In this document: positions 15,133 to 27,259 of the stretch, piece after piece | Layout of the letters: every line of letters starts with the position of its first letter | Numbering within the stretch: position 1 is the stretch's first letter | The notes under the pieces: model-generated | Database searches by the model: none | Seen by the model: only the letters and a program-made list of their open reading frames with translations | What the model was told of the DNA's origin: nothing | Made by a program: the position numbers and the translations under genes | NCBI GenBank assembly: GCA_951406725.2 | Contig: OX597827.1 | Span: 12,276,001-12,340,000 of the forward strand | Origin: Octopus vulgaris | Taxonomy: Eukaryota | Direction: 5' to 3' | DNA length: 64,000 nucleotides

Positions 15133-16109
15133 ATGTATGCATGCATGTATGTATGTATGTATGTATGTATGTATGTACGTACGTATGTATGAATGTAGAC
15201 AGATTGTCAGACAGATAGATGAGTAAATTCTTTGACAGAAAAGATATGTTTCTTTATTATATGCAACAGAAGATGACAGCCAAATGAATTTTCATTTGAA
15301 CTAAAAGGGAAACACAAAGTCAGAAATTATGACTCATATTAATGAAGCCCGTATAGTTATAATCATCTGCAAGCAAAGATACTGAAATGTGGAAGTTGGA
15401 AAACAATCTTAGAACAGAGGTCAGTTGAGGATTATGTTTCCTTTCACTTGACAGCTGACTCCATTAGCCAAAATATCACTAACTTAACAGTGATTTCAGG
15501 GAGTTTAACAACACAGAAAATGCAGTAATAGGCTTAAGGAAATGATCAGAGGTCAGTGTACAATTGTTGTTGGTGGTGTTGCTATTTTTCTTGTTGTTCT
15601 TGCGGATTATGGTGATGTTATTGTTGCTGCTGCTTAGAGCCCTAAGAAGGCTCTGTTTGGGCAGACCTATTATGAAAGGTATTCAAACTATGACATCTCA
15701 TTCAATTATCAAGAGAATCCCACCAGCTACATTATTCAGTCAATAGTGTGTGGTCTGAAGTAAGATTTGCTTGCTATTTCTAGCAAATGGTACGATTTGG
15801 CTGAGGATTCTGCATTGGTCTGATTAATCCGATTTTGATGATAATGATTGTGATTATGGTGGTGGTGGTGGTACTGGTGCTGGTGGCGGCAGCAGTGGTG
15901 GTGGTGGTAGTGGTAGTGGCAGTGGTGCTGATGGCAGTGATGGTGGTGGTGGTGGGGGGGATGGTAGTGGCGGTAGTGCGAGGTAGGGGTGGTTGTGGTG
16001 GTGGTAGTGGTGGAGTAGTAGTAGTGGTGGTAGAGATGGGGTGGTAGTAGTGGTGGTAGAGATGGGGTGGTAGTAGTGGTGTGGGAGTTGTTGTTTTTGT
16101 TGTTGCTGG

Positions 16110-16310
16110 TGGCACAAGGCCAGCAATTTTCAAGAAAGTGGGTAAGTCAATAACATCATCCTCAGGGCTCAACCGGTACTCGTTTTTATCGATTCTGAAA
16201 GGATGAAAGGCAAAGCTGACCATGGCAGAATTTGAACTCAGAACATAAAGACAGACAAAATGCTGTCAAGCATTTTGCCAGGCATGCTAATGATTCTGCC
16301 AGCTTACCGC
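16110..16310 (-). mobile_element. tRNA-derived SINE family B, older copy
   Basis: minus strand GCGGTAAGCTGGCAGAATC...GAGTTCAAATTCTGCC (B-box). Confidence 0.85.
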
Positions 16311-16376
16311 TTTATATATCTTTCTCTTTTTGTCGTTTTAATACCGTGACCTGTTCACTGACAAAAATCCATGCAG

Positions 16377-16577
16377 CACGGATTTTTGTCAGCGAACAGG
16401 TCGCGGTCTTATAAAGCGACGAAAATATTTTGACAAATTAAACTTAAATGTTGAAGTGAATCGAACGCCTTTTGTGTGTTTCTTAAATGGCTTACAAACA
16501 CCTTCCACGCTGCAATTGTTTTCGTTCCAGCACACGGTCTCAGATCAAATCACTTGCTATGCGAGTACATCTCCGTA
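16377..16577. mobile_element. MITE with short CACGGA / TCCGTA termini (possibly Chapaev/CMC type), left end mirrored at 16328-16374
   Basis: terminal motif and a hairpin spanning 16328-16425. Confidence 0.55.
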
Positions 16578-16584
16578 ATAACAT

Positions 16585-18583
16585 AATTTAGATTTATGTA
16601 AAGAATAACCACAAGATTTGTCTATCCAAACATGTATTCAGCATATAAGCCAGTCCATCATGATGGAGTAATTTCCAAAGATGAGGAAACGGACAATGAT
16701 GGAGGCACAGTTGTTAGAGGTGCGAGACCTTCCAACAGAACCTGAATATATATTCCTGAAGAAAATTCGGAATCAAAGTTATTTATTCAAATGTCTTTCA
16801 ATAATCTTGTAAAAGACTTGTTGCTTTCTGTACACCAAAGGAAGGTAATTTATTCAACTATAAAATGTGTAAGTTGGTTATTATCAAATGTGAAATTTTA
16901 ATTTGGCAACATGCTTTACAGCAGATAGTCTACTGACATCAATGAGTTCTTCACAAACTTATCTCCGGTAGCATTTGAACTTCTTCATCACAGACTTTGT
17001 CCACTTGAAAGAAATAGATGATAACATGGATGTATTACAGGAAATTATTTGATACTACACTCATCAATGGAAGCACTGTGGAGATCTTAGATTTACTGGC
17101 ATGCTAATGATTTACAATAGAGTTATTTGGAGTACTGGAAGTACGATAGAGTACTGGAAGCATGATTTACAATAGAGTTGACTTTTGTCCTTAGGACCAG
17201 TTGTGCTTTCATGGTTCACTCTATTGCATATGAGTGGCACCAAGATCATTATGTGTTCTAAGGAAGAAGAATGTTCACTTTGGTCTTTTAATTGATTCCA
17301 AGAAGATATTTGTACCACTTCTCTTTATTATAATTAGTTTAATGAAAGAAATTTGTTAAAGCAGTGACTAAAGTCAATACATGAGGAATTCAATACCTTT
17401 CTGAAAAAAGATTCCATATGTGAGTACGGCAAAGATAAAGGGGTATATTTCTGCAAATCAGGGAAGCTTCAATAGATATTTAATTTCAATACCCTATCAA
17501 CACACAGGGATTAAAACCTTGGCAACCATTTAAGTAGTTATCTGAAAGCTTTTGGGAGAAATAAGCTATTTCTAGTGAGGTGGAGTTGAGAACCATTTTG
17601 GGGCCAATATAAAAATGAGTGGTTGATTCATTAAAAACACATGTCCAGCATTTTCATCAAGATTTTTTTCCGATAAATTTTGCAACGAATGATGAGTAAG
17701 AAGAGCAATTCATGAAGATATGGTGGCTGACTATGGTTTGATTCTATATTAGGACTACCACAAAGAGAGAAGAGCAAAGACTGGTAATGGCTCAAAGAGC
17801 CATGGAAAGGTCAATGCTTGGTATCTCGTTGAGAGAGCACATAAGTAGCAAGATCATCAGAAAGAAGTCCGGCGTGAGAGATGTCATCGCAGAGTATACA
17901 CGCAGAAAGTACAGATGGGCTGGACACGTCGCCCGGCTCACCAATAATCGGTGGACCCACGCAGTTGTCGAGTGGTACCCGCGTGAGCAGAAAAGACCAC
18001 CCAGAAGACCTCCACGACGGTCGAGTGACGATTTCAGGAGGACGATTGGGATCACGTGGATGAGAAGGGCGCGATCAGAGAGGAGTGGACAGCGTGCTGT
18101 GACCAGCGGTGTCAAATGGACGCCTGACGGACTGGTCGGTCAAAGTGATTAGGACAATCTAGACCAAGTTTATTACAGAAAATCCTATTCAAAACACTTT
18201 TGAAAACTTGTATAATGTATATTTTTTAATTACATGAGCATATAATTGTATCTATCATGTATAAAAGGAGGTTAGAATTAATTATATATAATTTTGATCA
18301 ATTGCGTACTCTGGCAATAAAAAATTTTATATAAAATACTGCTTAATATCAATTGCTGGTAGGGACACTATATTTCGTTTTTCAATCAGTGCTGGCTCTA
18401 AATTCTACAGAAAATCTGTAGGGATAGACTTAAAAACTATTTAATACATCTAAGTATAAATAAAAATCCATATTTCAAAAATTAGATGTCCTTAAGAAAA
18501 TCTAAAGACAGATTTGGAATCAGCATTTAAAAATGCATTCTAGGAAGGTTAATTTAATCTCCAATAACATTTAATCTGCAGTG
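16585..18583 (+). pseudogene. decayed Chapaev3 (CMC)-type DNA transposase, interrupted by an RTE insertion
   Basis: frameshifted motifs in the expected order: VYPNMYSAYKPVHH, FNNLVKDL, HQWKHCGDL, LMK/FVKA, STAKIKG, SLKTHVQHFHQDFFP, VADY; right end GATTTGGAATCAGC...GCAGTG. Confidence 0.75.
17756..18147 (+). mobile_element. 5'-truncated RTE-clade LINE (C-terminus of RT ORF plus 3' end)
   Basis: AQRAMERSMLGISLR...RWAGHVAR...RWT...W.PR..KRP; TSD ATTAGGAC at 17748-17755 and 18148-18155. Confidence 0.9.
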
Positions 18584-19051
18584 CAATGTAAGCTTCACAA
18601 AGTTCTTAGCAGATACATGTACACACACCTCAGAATACAGAGACAAGTGGTTAAACTACAAGTCTTTCTCACTGTGGTTAGAAAAAGTGACTAATCTGAT
18701 TGGTGTTCTATATATATCAACATTTCATCAGAGATCAGTATCTCATACCATATCTACACAGAGAGGAATAGCTTAAAATTTTTAGTACATGCAAACCTAG
18801 ACAAGACAAAATTGGTCTTCCTTGTTTGCACAGAGTGGAAGATCTAGAGTTTAACAACACTGTTTACTTGTGACAGCAAGATTGAATTGTCTGTTTCTTA
18901 TAAACCACAGGCATGGCTGTGTGGTTAAGTAATTCACTTTGCAGCCATGTAGTTTTGGGTTCAGTCCCACTCTGCAGCACCCTCAGCAAGTGTCTTCTAC
19001 TAGTAAAAGATAAAAGATATTAGATAGCATAACATCAAATAGGTTTAAAAT

Positions 19052-19280
19052 ACCTATTTCTTTATCACCCACAAGGGGCTAAACACAGAGGGGACAAACA
19101 AGGACAGACATAGGTATAAAGTCGATTACATCGACCCCAGTGCGTAACTGGTACTTAATTTATCGACCCCCAAAAGGATGAAAGGCAAAGTCGACCTCGG
19201 CGGAATTTGAACTCGTAACAGCAGACAAAATACCGCTAAGCATTTCACCCGACATGCTAACGTTTCTGCCAGCTCACCAC
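19052..19280 (-). mobile_element. SINE family B, young subfamily
   Basis: reverse complement of 32837-33069. Confidence 0.9.
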
Positions 19281-19509
19281 AAGTAGAATGATACCTTTAA
19301 TCATAGGTTTCTTCAAACCAGGGCCTCTGTTGGTTAGGATTAACTACGTATCTACATCTGTATGTGGAGACCTGGGTATGTTCTTTTCGAAGTAGACAAG
19401 CAGCCAGCCATAAAGGCAACTATTTCCTCTTCTTACCATCAATATTATTAAGGTAAAAGATAAAGATATGCTTTTAAGGTTTATTGTATACTTCTAATTA
19501 TCTTAAAAC

Positions 19510-20010
19510 CTATTTCTTTATTACCCACAAGGGGCTAAACACAGAGGGGACAAACAAGGACATGAAAGGTAAAGTCGACATCGGCGGAATTTGAACTCAC
19601 AACGTAGCAGTAGACGAAATACCCATTTCTTTATTACCCACAAGGGGCTAAACACAGAGAGGACAACCAAGGACAGACAAACGGATTAAGTCAATTACAT
19701 CGACCCCAGTGTGTAACTGGTACTTATTTAATCGACCCCGAAAGGATGAAAGGCAAAGTCGACCTCGGTGGAATTTGAACTGAGAACGTAGCAGCAGACG
19801 AAATACCTATTTCTTTATTACCCACTAGAGGCTAAACACAGAGGGGACAAACAAGGACAGACAAACAGATTAAGTCGATTACATCGACCCCAGTGCGTAA
19901 CTGGTACTTAATTTATCGACCCCGAAAGGATGAAAGGTAAAGTCGACATCGGCAGAATTTGAACTCACAACGTAGCAGTAGACGAAATACCGCTAAGCAT
20001 TTCGCCCGCC
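19510..20010 (-). mobile_element. SINE family B head-to-tail trimer
   Basis: three units joined at GAAATACC(C/T)ATTTC; one unit internally deleted. Confidence 0.9.
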
Positions 20011-20846
20011 ATTGAGTAATGCTTATATTATTGACATAATTCATGTTACAGTGCATGCAGCAATGTTACAAAACATTAATATATATACAAGTGTGTGTGT
20101 GTCTGTGGGGGGGGGGGGTGTTATTTGCAAATATGTATGACTTATAGTATGTGCCACTTTCTTTAATTGTTTTAATTCCCTATGTAATTTCAAACAGACA
20201 TATCTGCCTTCTCAACCCTGCTGTCTCTTGTCCCGACGGATTATCTAAGATGTGATTATTGCAGAGGGAAAGGACTATACCAGCACTAAACTGGTGTTCA
20301 TCTTTGGTTTAGCTGTGTAGCATAAAGAACTTTGCTTAATAACATTATGCACTGCCTGGTCAAGGAATTGAACTATGATCTTATAACCATCAGCAAAACA
20401 TCTTCGATATACACCACATGCCATCATGTACAAATTAGATAAATTCAGTTCTAGCTAGGTTTTTATTCTGCGAATGTTTATAAAGTAATATTCTCTCAGT
20501 AAATAGAATGCAATGGTAATAATGAAATGTGAAAATCAGACTAAGCTGGAATTTCATCGATTAACATATTCTTCTATACACAATCATACAAACTTGGATA
20601 TAAATAAATAAATAAATATATATATATATATATATATTATGTGAAATAGAAAGATGAATAATCTTGTAGTAGATTAATCAAAAGTTTAACCGATACCTTG
20701 GTAGCAAAAATCACAGCAGTAAACAGCACGGTTGGAGGTACAACCATATGGTGTTGCAACCGTGCGTTGGTGCGGATAATTGAAATTAAAATATTATTGG
20801 TGAATTGAAGAAATGGAGCTGAACGAAGATTGAACAGAAATCATTT

Positions 20847-20939
20847 TATTTCATTCTACCCGTGTTTCGAAAGGCACAATTTACCAAAATCCGATTGAAT
20901 AATGGGACCATATTGTGTCTTTCTCTTCAGGAAGAAATA
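20847..20939 (-). ncRNA. type-I hammerhead ribozyme with intact catalytic core
   Basis: minus strand: stem I TATTTCTTC/GAA(T)GAAATA, CTGAAGA, stem II GAAAGACACAAT/ATTGTGCCTTTC, GAAA, stem III AC-ACGG-GT, GTA triplet; inside a TA-flanked insert 20638-20950. Confidence 0.8.
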
Positions 20940-21299
20940 GGAAATCCGAATATATATATATTCATATATATTTAAATAATGAGGCAGATAAATTAATATT
21001 AATTTAAAACCAGTAGCCTAGCATACAAAAATCTGAAAAATCAGAGAAAATTCTAATACATGTGTATATTCAAAGGTCAAGACCGCTAGGTAGTCGGCCG
21101 TATGCTAGAAATAGATCACCAACGATCAAACTACAAAGAATGTTCTCTAGAGGAAAATTCAGCAAACACCAGAACAATTAGGTGGGCAAGACAGATGAAA
21201 ATTATATAAAAAACAGAATTAATCACATATATAAGTATATATAAATATATATATATATACACGCATATATACATATATAGAAAGATAGATATGTGTGTA

Positions 21300-21522
21300 T
21301 ATATGTGTTTATGTAGTTGTGTGTTTGTGTTTGTCCCTGCACCGTTGCTTGACAATGAATGTTGGTGTGTTTACATCCCAATAACTTAGCAGTTCAGCAA
21401 ATGAACTGATAGAATAAGTACTAGGCTTACAAAGAAAAGTCCTTGGGTCAATTTGCTCGACTAATGGTGGTGCTCCAGCATGGCTACAGTCAAATGACTG
21501 AAACAAGTAAAAGAGTAAAAGA
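21300..21522 (+). mobile_element. SINE family A 3' half
   Basis: CTCCAGCATGGCTACAGTCAAATGACTGAAACAAGTAAAAGA tail. Confidence 0.85.
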
Positions 21523-21533
21523 ATATATATGTG

Positions 21534-21585
<52 letters not shown>

Positions 21586-21701
21586 ATTCTCATATAAAAT
21601 TTCTATTTTGGATATATTTGGGGTACTTAAGTGTACTCAGGACTTAGTGTTTGCTTCTTCCATGGGTATAAATAAGTATTTCATTTATTTCTTACCATAT
21701 T

Positions 21702-21756
21702 TATAGCTGATGAGGAGAAAATTCTTATGAATTAACTCTGAAATCAGGGTCGATAC
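21702..21756 (+). ncRNA. decayed type-I hammerhead motif in a TA-flanked insert (21580-21906)
   Basis: CTGATGA-GGAG...CTCT-GAAA-TCAGG-GTC; stem I pairs poorly. Confidence 0.5.
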
Positions 21757-21905
21757 GATAATAATGGAATCTTAAAGAAATTTCTGTCGGCTTACTTTGA
21801 GACACGTGCTTATAGTGATGAATCATATGGTTATTGACGATTTAAGTCAATTTTCGGCATATTTGGCATTAGAATCTTTTCCTTTGCCCTTGTTTATAAG
21901 TTGTT

Positions 21906-21941
<36 letters not shown>

Positions 21942-22304
21942 CATACATATATATATATATACATATATATTGAGAGAGGTTGTTTATATATAAAAAGATA
22001 GATAGAGAGACAGACATCTACATATGTATAGAACTCTACGTACACATACTTAATAACATTTCATTGTCAAAATTGATTAGAAAAAAATCAATATTAAATG
22101 ATATTTATATATAATCATGCATGCATATTTAAATAGTATCATCTGTAACTATATGTTTGTGTGATAATATGTGTGTATGTATGATCTATGTATTTATGTG
22201 TGCGTTTGTGTATGTGTGTATTTAATGTGACTATGATAAGGAAATCTTCAGAAACGAATACATTAGTGAAAAGTTTTAGCATTTATAAATATTTAAGTGT
22301 GTGT

Positions 22305-22383
<79 letters not shown>

Positions 22384-24290
22384 TGTGTGTGTGTATAATA
22401 CATCAAAAATACAGTTACCTCTGATACAGCTAACACTGCTTATATACACCCTCTTTTCGTTATCTGTTGCTTCTTTTCACTGGAAGAGTCCAAGAATTAT
22501 TGAATTATTGTTTAGAATTAACTACATAGAAAAGACAAACAGCCAGAAGAATGAGGAAGAATACATTATAGTTATATATAAATAGTTTGAAACAGCAGAC
22601 TAGCATTCGACAGGAAGAGAAATACATCTTGAGAATTAAAATCTAGAGTTGAAAATAATGCTTATCCACCTATTCTATGGCTCCAAAAATGTATTTTGAA
22701 ATAGTATATCACAGGGAGACTGAAGTCAGTGTCTAGCAATTTACTAAGGAAGTTCATTAAATAACATATTAGAAAGTTTCAAAACACCTAGTCAAATATA
22801 GATTATGTAATTATACAGCACATGATTGAGGATCGGCTCTTAGAGCTTACTAATAGACTTTCTAATTATCTAACACAAATAAGAGTCTCAATCCATTCTG
22901 CAAATTAACATTAAGAAACGGCCAGCTAATTACAGGTGTTCAGTCAGTAAATTAATGTTAAGAAATGGCCAGCTAATTACAGGTGTTAATTATATTTCTT
23001 TGAGAAATGGTCATAATTATGAAGTAATTTATTTACTAAATTAATTATCTTTCTCCATGTTAGCAATGCAATTATTTGGCAGTTTATAACTTCATAATTC
23101 CAGCAATTTAAATATATTGCCTTTAGGAATGCTTTAAACTCAATGACCACTAAAGACAAATTTAACGAAACGGTTTCGACAATGCTTTCAACAAGCCGAT
23201 AACTTCATTCTAGAAACCTTACAATTCATAAAAGGAAAATATTCCAAATGTATTTCTTACATCATTTACCTGAAATTTATTGCATTTTCTTGACTCTTTA
23301 TAAAGAAACATTTAAAAATCATTAATAAAGCATACATCTCGGATATAAAAATTCTATTGCTGTACATTGCATATTTCATTTCTTAAATGCATAAGAAAAC
23401 ATTTAATCAAATAAATTACAACTATTCAACAAAGAAAAAAATTTAAATAAGGCAGCAAAGAAAAATATTTTATGATATAATTGTTTTTTTATTTTCTTTC
23501 TTTCTGCGTGATGAACTAAGCTCTGATATATTTGAAGTTTGCAGAATTCTCAAGAAATAAATATAATATAATAAAAAAAATTTTAACTGATTTTTCTTTC
23601 TGGCTTCAGAGTTTTTTCCATTTTCTTTATATTAATCATACATAACAGATTCTAATGGTAAGTAGAAGCAAACGATGAATACAGTTTGGAATACAAAATA
23701 TTTTTCATTTATCTATTTATTTATTTATTTGTTTCCTAATTGTTGGATATTGATATCCAGACTGTATTTGGAAGAAGAAGAAGAAGAAGAAATAACTGAG
23801 TTGAATCAGTAAAACTCGTAAGTGCAAAACCTAGTTATGTATTGTGTAAACCACTCGTTAATACATACGCATTTTCACAAAGACATGTGAAGTGATGGAC
23901 AGAAATGGATTTACATAAAGAATGCCCTCTAAATTTCAAGCTAAATAAAATTTAAATTACATTTTCATTTCATACTTATTGTACAGTTATTTCATTCATT
24001 GGGTAGTTCATGCTGGTTCTTTGCTACTATAAAGCTGCGTTTAGTCAAACACATTGAGTGGGTATTTCTATATTCAGAGGGAAGAATTCAAATGAAATGA
24101 GATATTGATTTATATGAGTAATATTTGTATTTTTAATTGTCTTTGCTTTAGTTAGACCATTTACAATATTTAATTAATATAATATGAGACTAAGACAAAT
24201 AACTGAATTTAATTTGTGTCAATGAAGTTTGGATATTTCTATGATGCTAGAAATTTTTGAGAATTTTTTAACAGTTATGTGGTTGCAGTT

Positions 24291-24459
24291 GCTGTTGCTG
24301 TTGCACGTAGCAGTCTTTGTCCAGTGGGAAAAGTCCGAAACGTGGTCCTTTGCTATTCATAAGACCCGTAGAAGAGAAAGCAGGTCAACCCCCAACACCG
24401 GGAGCATCGACGGATGGATGAATACGCATCCAGGCTCAGCAGTTGCGTAGGAAGTTGGG
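24291..24459. mobile_element. short retroposon fragment with 13-bp TSD
   Basis: TGTGGTTGCAGTT at 24278-24290 and 24460-24472; GC-rich relative to flanks. Confidence 0.7.
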
Positions 24460-24514
24460 TGTGGTTGCAGTTCATAGCCAGATGGTTCTGGCTTTGATAT
24501 TACAGGCAAGTGGG

Positions 24515-24651
24515 AGGCAGTAAGCTGGCAAAATCAAATTCTGCCAAGGTCAATTCTGTCTTTCAACCTTTCAAGATTGATAAAATAAGTACCAGTTGAA
24601 AACTGGGGTTGATAAAATTGACTTACCCTGCTCCCCGAAAATTGCTAGCCT
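24515..24651 (+). mobile_element. SINE family B, decayed
   Basis: GGCAGTAAGCTGGC...AAATAAGTACCAGTTG. Confidence 0.75.
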
Positions 24652-24744
24652 TACAGTTCTTACATTTTAAGAGATGAGGAATTATGTACATTATTTACAT
24701 TATTTATATTTGACAGATATTTGTCCTCATCTTGTTTGTTGTTA

Positions 24745-24788
24745 ACACAACATTTCGGCTGATATACTCTCCAGCCTTCATCAGGTGT
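24745..24788 (-). ncRNA. minimal type-I hammerhead ribozyme of the PLE type
   Basis: minus strand ACAC-CTGATGA-A-GGCTG(10 nt)CAGCC-GAAA-TG-TT-GTGT; loopless stem III. Confidence 0.72.
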
Positions 24789-24790
24789 AT

Positions 24791-24834
24791 ATGGCGTAGT
24801 GGTTAAGAGCACAGTCTATTAATCCCAAGATTCC
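24791..24834 (+). mobile_element. truncated tRNA-like head (A-box only) abutting the hammerhead in the opposite orientation
   Basis: ATGGCGTAGTGGTTAAGAGC resembles a tRNA D-arm / A-box; no B-box follows. Confidence 0.6.
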
Positions 24835-25609
24835 AGACTTTTTCAAACAATGAAAAAGCAGAATACATATATATATATTCACCATGATAATTGGTGAACA
24901 AGTCATCTATTTCTACCTTACCTGCTTATATGTCTAAAATTTATCTGACAATGGTGAGTTTTGCTTAGATGCATTCTATGAATGTATTAATAAATTGCTG
25001 CCGAAACAGCTGTTGTGAATTTTGAACACCACTTGCGATCTCGTGTGTGTGTGTGTGTGTGTGCGTGTTTAAATACATTGTTCATTTTTACATCAGAGCT
25101 TTTATGATAGCAAACATTATTGAGACATTTATCTTGTAGTTGGATGCTCTTTATGACGATAACCTATACTAGCTTTTCAAGTAAGGGGCCTCTTATTCTA
25201 TGCTGCTTCAAAGGCATGAAGTGAGTAAGTGATTTATTGATGAGAGAGGGGCCAACAGGAACATCGTGCAAACATCATGACTTTCATATAGGTGAGTGGC
25301 AGATGTAAGCAAGGGCACAAACATATACAAATATACACACACTCACACACAAACACATGCACACACCCATGTATATGTACATATATGTATACACACCCAC
25401 CCACACACACACACAAAAAGACGTACATGTATGTGTGTGTGTTGTGTGTGTGTGTGTGTGTGTTGTGCAAGCATGACAGTGTGTTTTAGAAGTTTGCTTC
25501 CCAACCAAGGGGTTTTGAGTTCAGTCCCACTGTGCGGCACATTCAGAAAATGTCTTCAACCAAATAAAGCATTGTGAGTGTATTGGTTGAACAGAAGCTG
25601 AATGAAGCT

Positions 25610-25925
25610 ACATCAGTAGCGAGATCATCAGAAAGAAGTCCGGCATGAGAGATGTCATCGCAGATTATACATGCAGCAAGTATAGATGGGCTGGACACGT
25701 CGCCCGGCTCACCGGTAATCGGTGGACCCAAGCAGTTGTCGAGTGGTACCCGCGCGAGCGGAAAAGACCACCAGGAAGACCCCACGATGGTGGAGTTATG
25801 ATTTGAGGAGGACGATTGGGATCACGTGGATGAGAAAGGCGCGATCCAGAGAAGAGTGGACAGTGTGCTGTGACCAGCAGTATCAAATGGACGTCTGACG
25901 GACTGGTCGGTCAAGGTGATCAAGG
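25610..25925 (+). mobile_element. 5'-truncated RTE-clade LINE, second copy, inserted in a SINE A fragment
   Basis: close match to 17840-18147; TSD TGAAGCT at 25603-25609 and 25926-25932; (TCAAGGTGA)2 tail. Confidence 0.9.
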
Positions 25926-26674
25926 TGAAGCTGTTAAACTGTCTACTCACAAGATTCTGATTGGTCTGAGGTTATAGTAGACGACATTTGTCCAAGGTGC
26001 CACACAATGGGACTGAACCCAGAACTATGTGGTGGGGAACCAAACTTCTTACCACATAGCCATGCCTGCGCCTATTTAAATACACTCATAAAAATGATCT
26101 TTATTCAATACTTAAAATATACAAATGCAACAATTCACCTTGAGTTTTCTCTACATGTTAAATTCTATCTAGTAACAAATAAGTGAGTCTATGAATGTCT
26201 GTTTGCATATGTGTAGGTATGTTTGTGTACACTGTGTAATAACAATCCATCAATATGCATCCTTTGGCATCAAAAGTTAAGTTAAGCATTTGAGGTAGAG
26301 GAAATCAATAAAATCAGTTGAAAACCAACATATGTACCAGCATTGATATGATCAACTAAAACTCCTTGAAGACGGGGGAACTCTATTGGCAGAAACTAGG
26401 AAAAGAATGTGCTAAATAAGAGTTAAGCTATAGAAGCCTGTTGTTCTAACCAACTAAGATACAGAGACAGCAAGCATGGAAATCTTTAGGCACTGGCACG
26501 GCTGGTTAAGAAGCATGATTCCCAACTATGTGGAAACTGAAGCCTTATAATTGGATTTGGTGTTTGAAAACTGAAAGAAACCCATCTCACACACACACAC
26601 ATATATATGTGACCTCGTATGTACTGGGGTTTTTTTCCTCTGTCTTCCCTTCTCTGGATCTTTCCTTCTCTCAT

Positions 26675-26709
26675 GTTTCCGATGAAGAGCTCCGCTCGAA
26701 ACGTTAAAC
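26675..26709 (+). ncRNA. atypical minimal hammerhead-like motif in a TA-flanked insert (26610-26808)
   Basis: GTTT-ccg-ATGAAGA-GCTCCGCTC-GAAA-CG-TT-AAAC. Confidence 0.5.
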
Positions 26710-26811
26710 CCTCCTTCTTTCCTTCTTTCCTGAGCGTCCAATAATACTATATTTGTTCCACATCCTCGCGTTGTTGTGTTTTTTTGTGCTTTCTTGTTTG
26801 GATTAACTATA

Positions 26812-26955
26812 TATATTCAGAATGGTCATTTTGCTAGTTTAGCCAATAAAAACACACGCACTATATATTTGGTGTTGTTTTGCTTTAGTGTTATTTCTAT
26901 ATATAGTGTGTGTGTTTTTATTGGCTAAACTGGCAAAATGACCATTCCGAAATAT
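26812..26955. repeat. foldback inverted repeat (arms about 55 bp) in TA context
   Basis: GAATGGTCATTTTGCTAGTTTAGCCAATAAAAACACAC and its reverse complement. Confidence 0.9.
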
Positions 26956-27168
26956 AACAGTATCTGTTTCAACACACGACTTTACATAAAAAATCTTGCC
27001 AACAAATATATAAACGTATATATATATATATATGTACTTGCATATATGTATACATATGTATACATATGTATACATATATTCATATATTTATGTATATTTA
27101 TGTATGTGTGTATATATATGTGTGTGTGTGTATATGTAGATGTGTGTGTGTGTATATGTAGATGTGTG

Positions 27169-27207
<39 letters not shown>

Positions 27208-27259
27208 TCTGTAAAAAACATAAATCTGAAAGAAGAAGCACACTCTAAGATGTAGAGTA

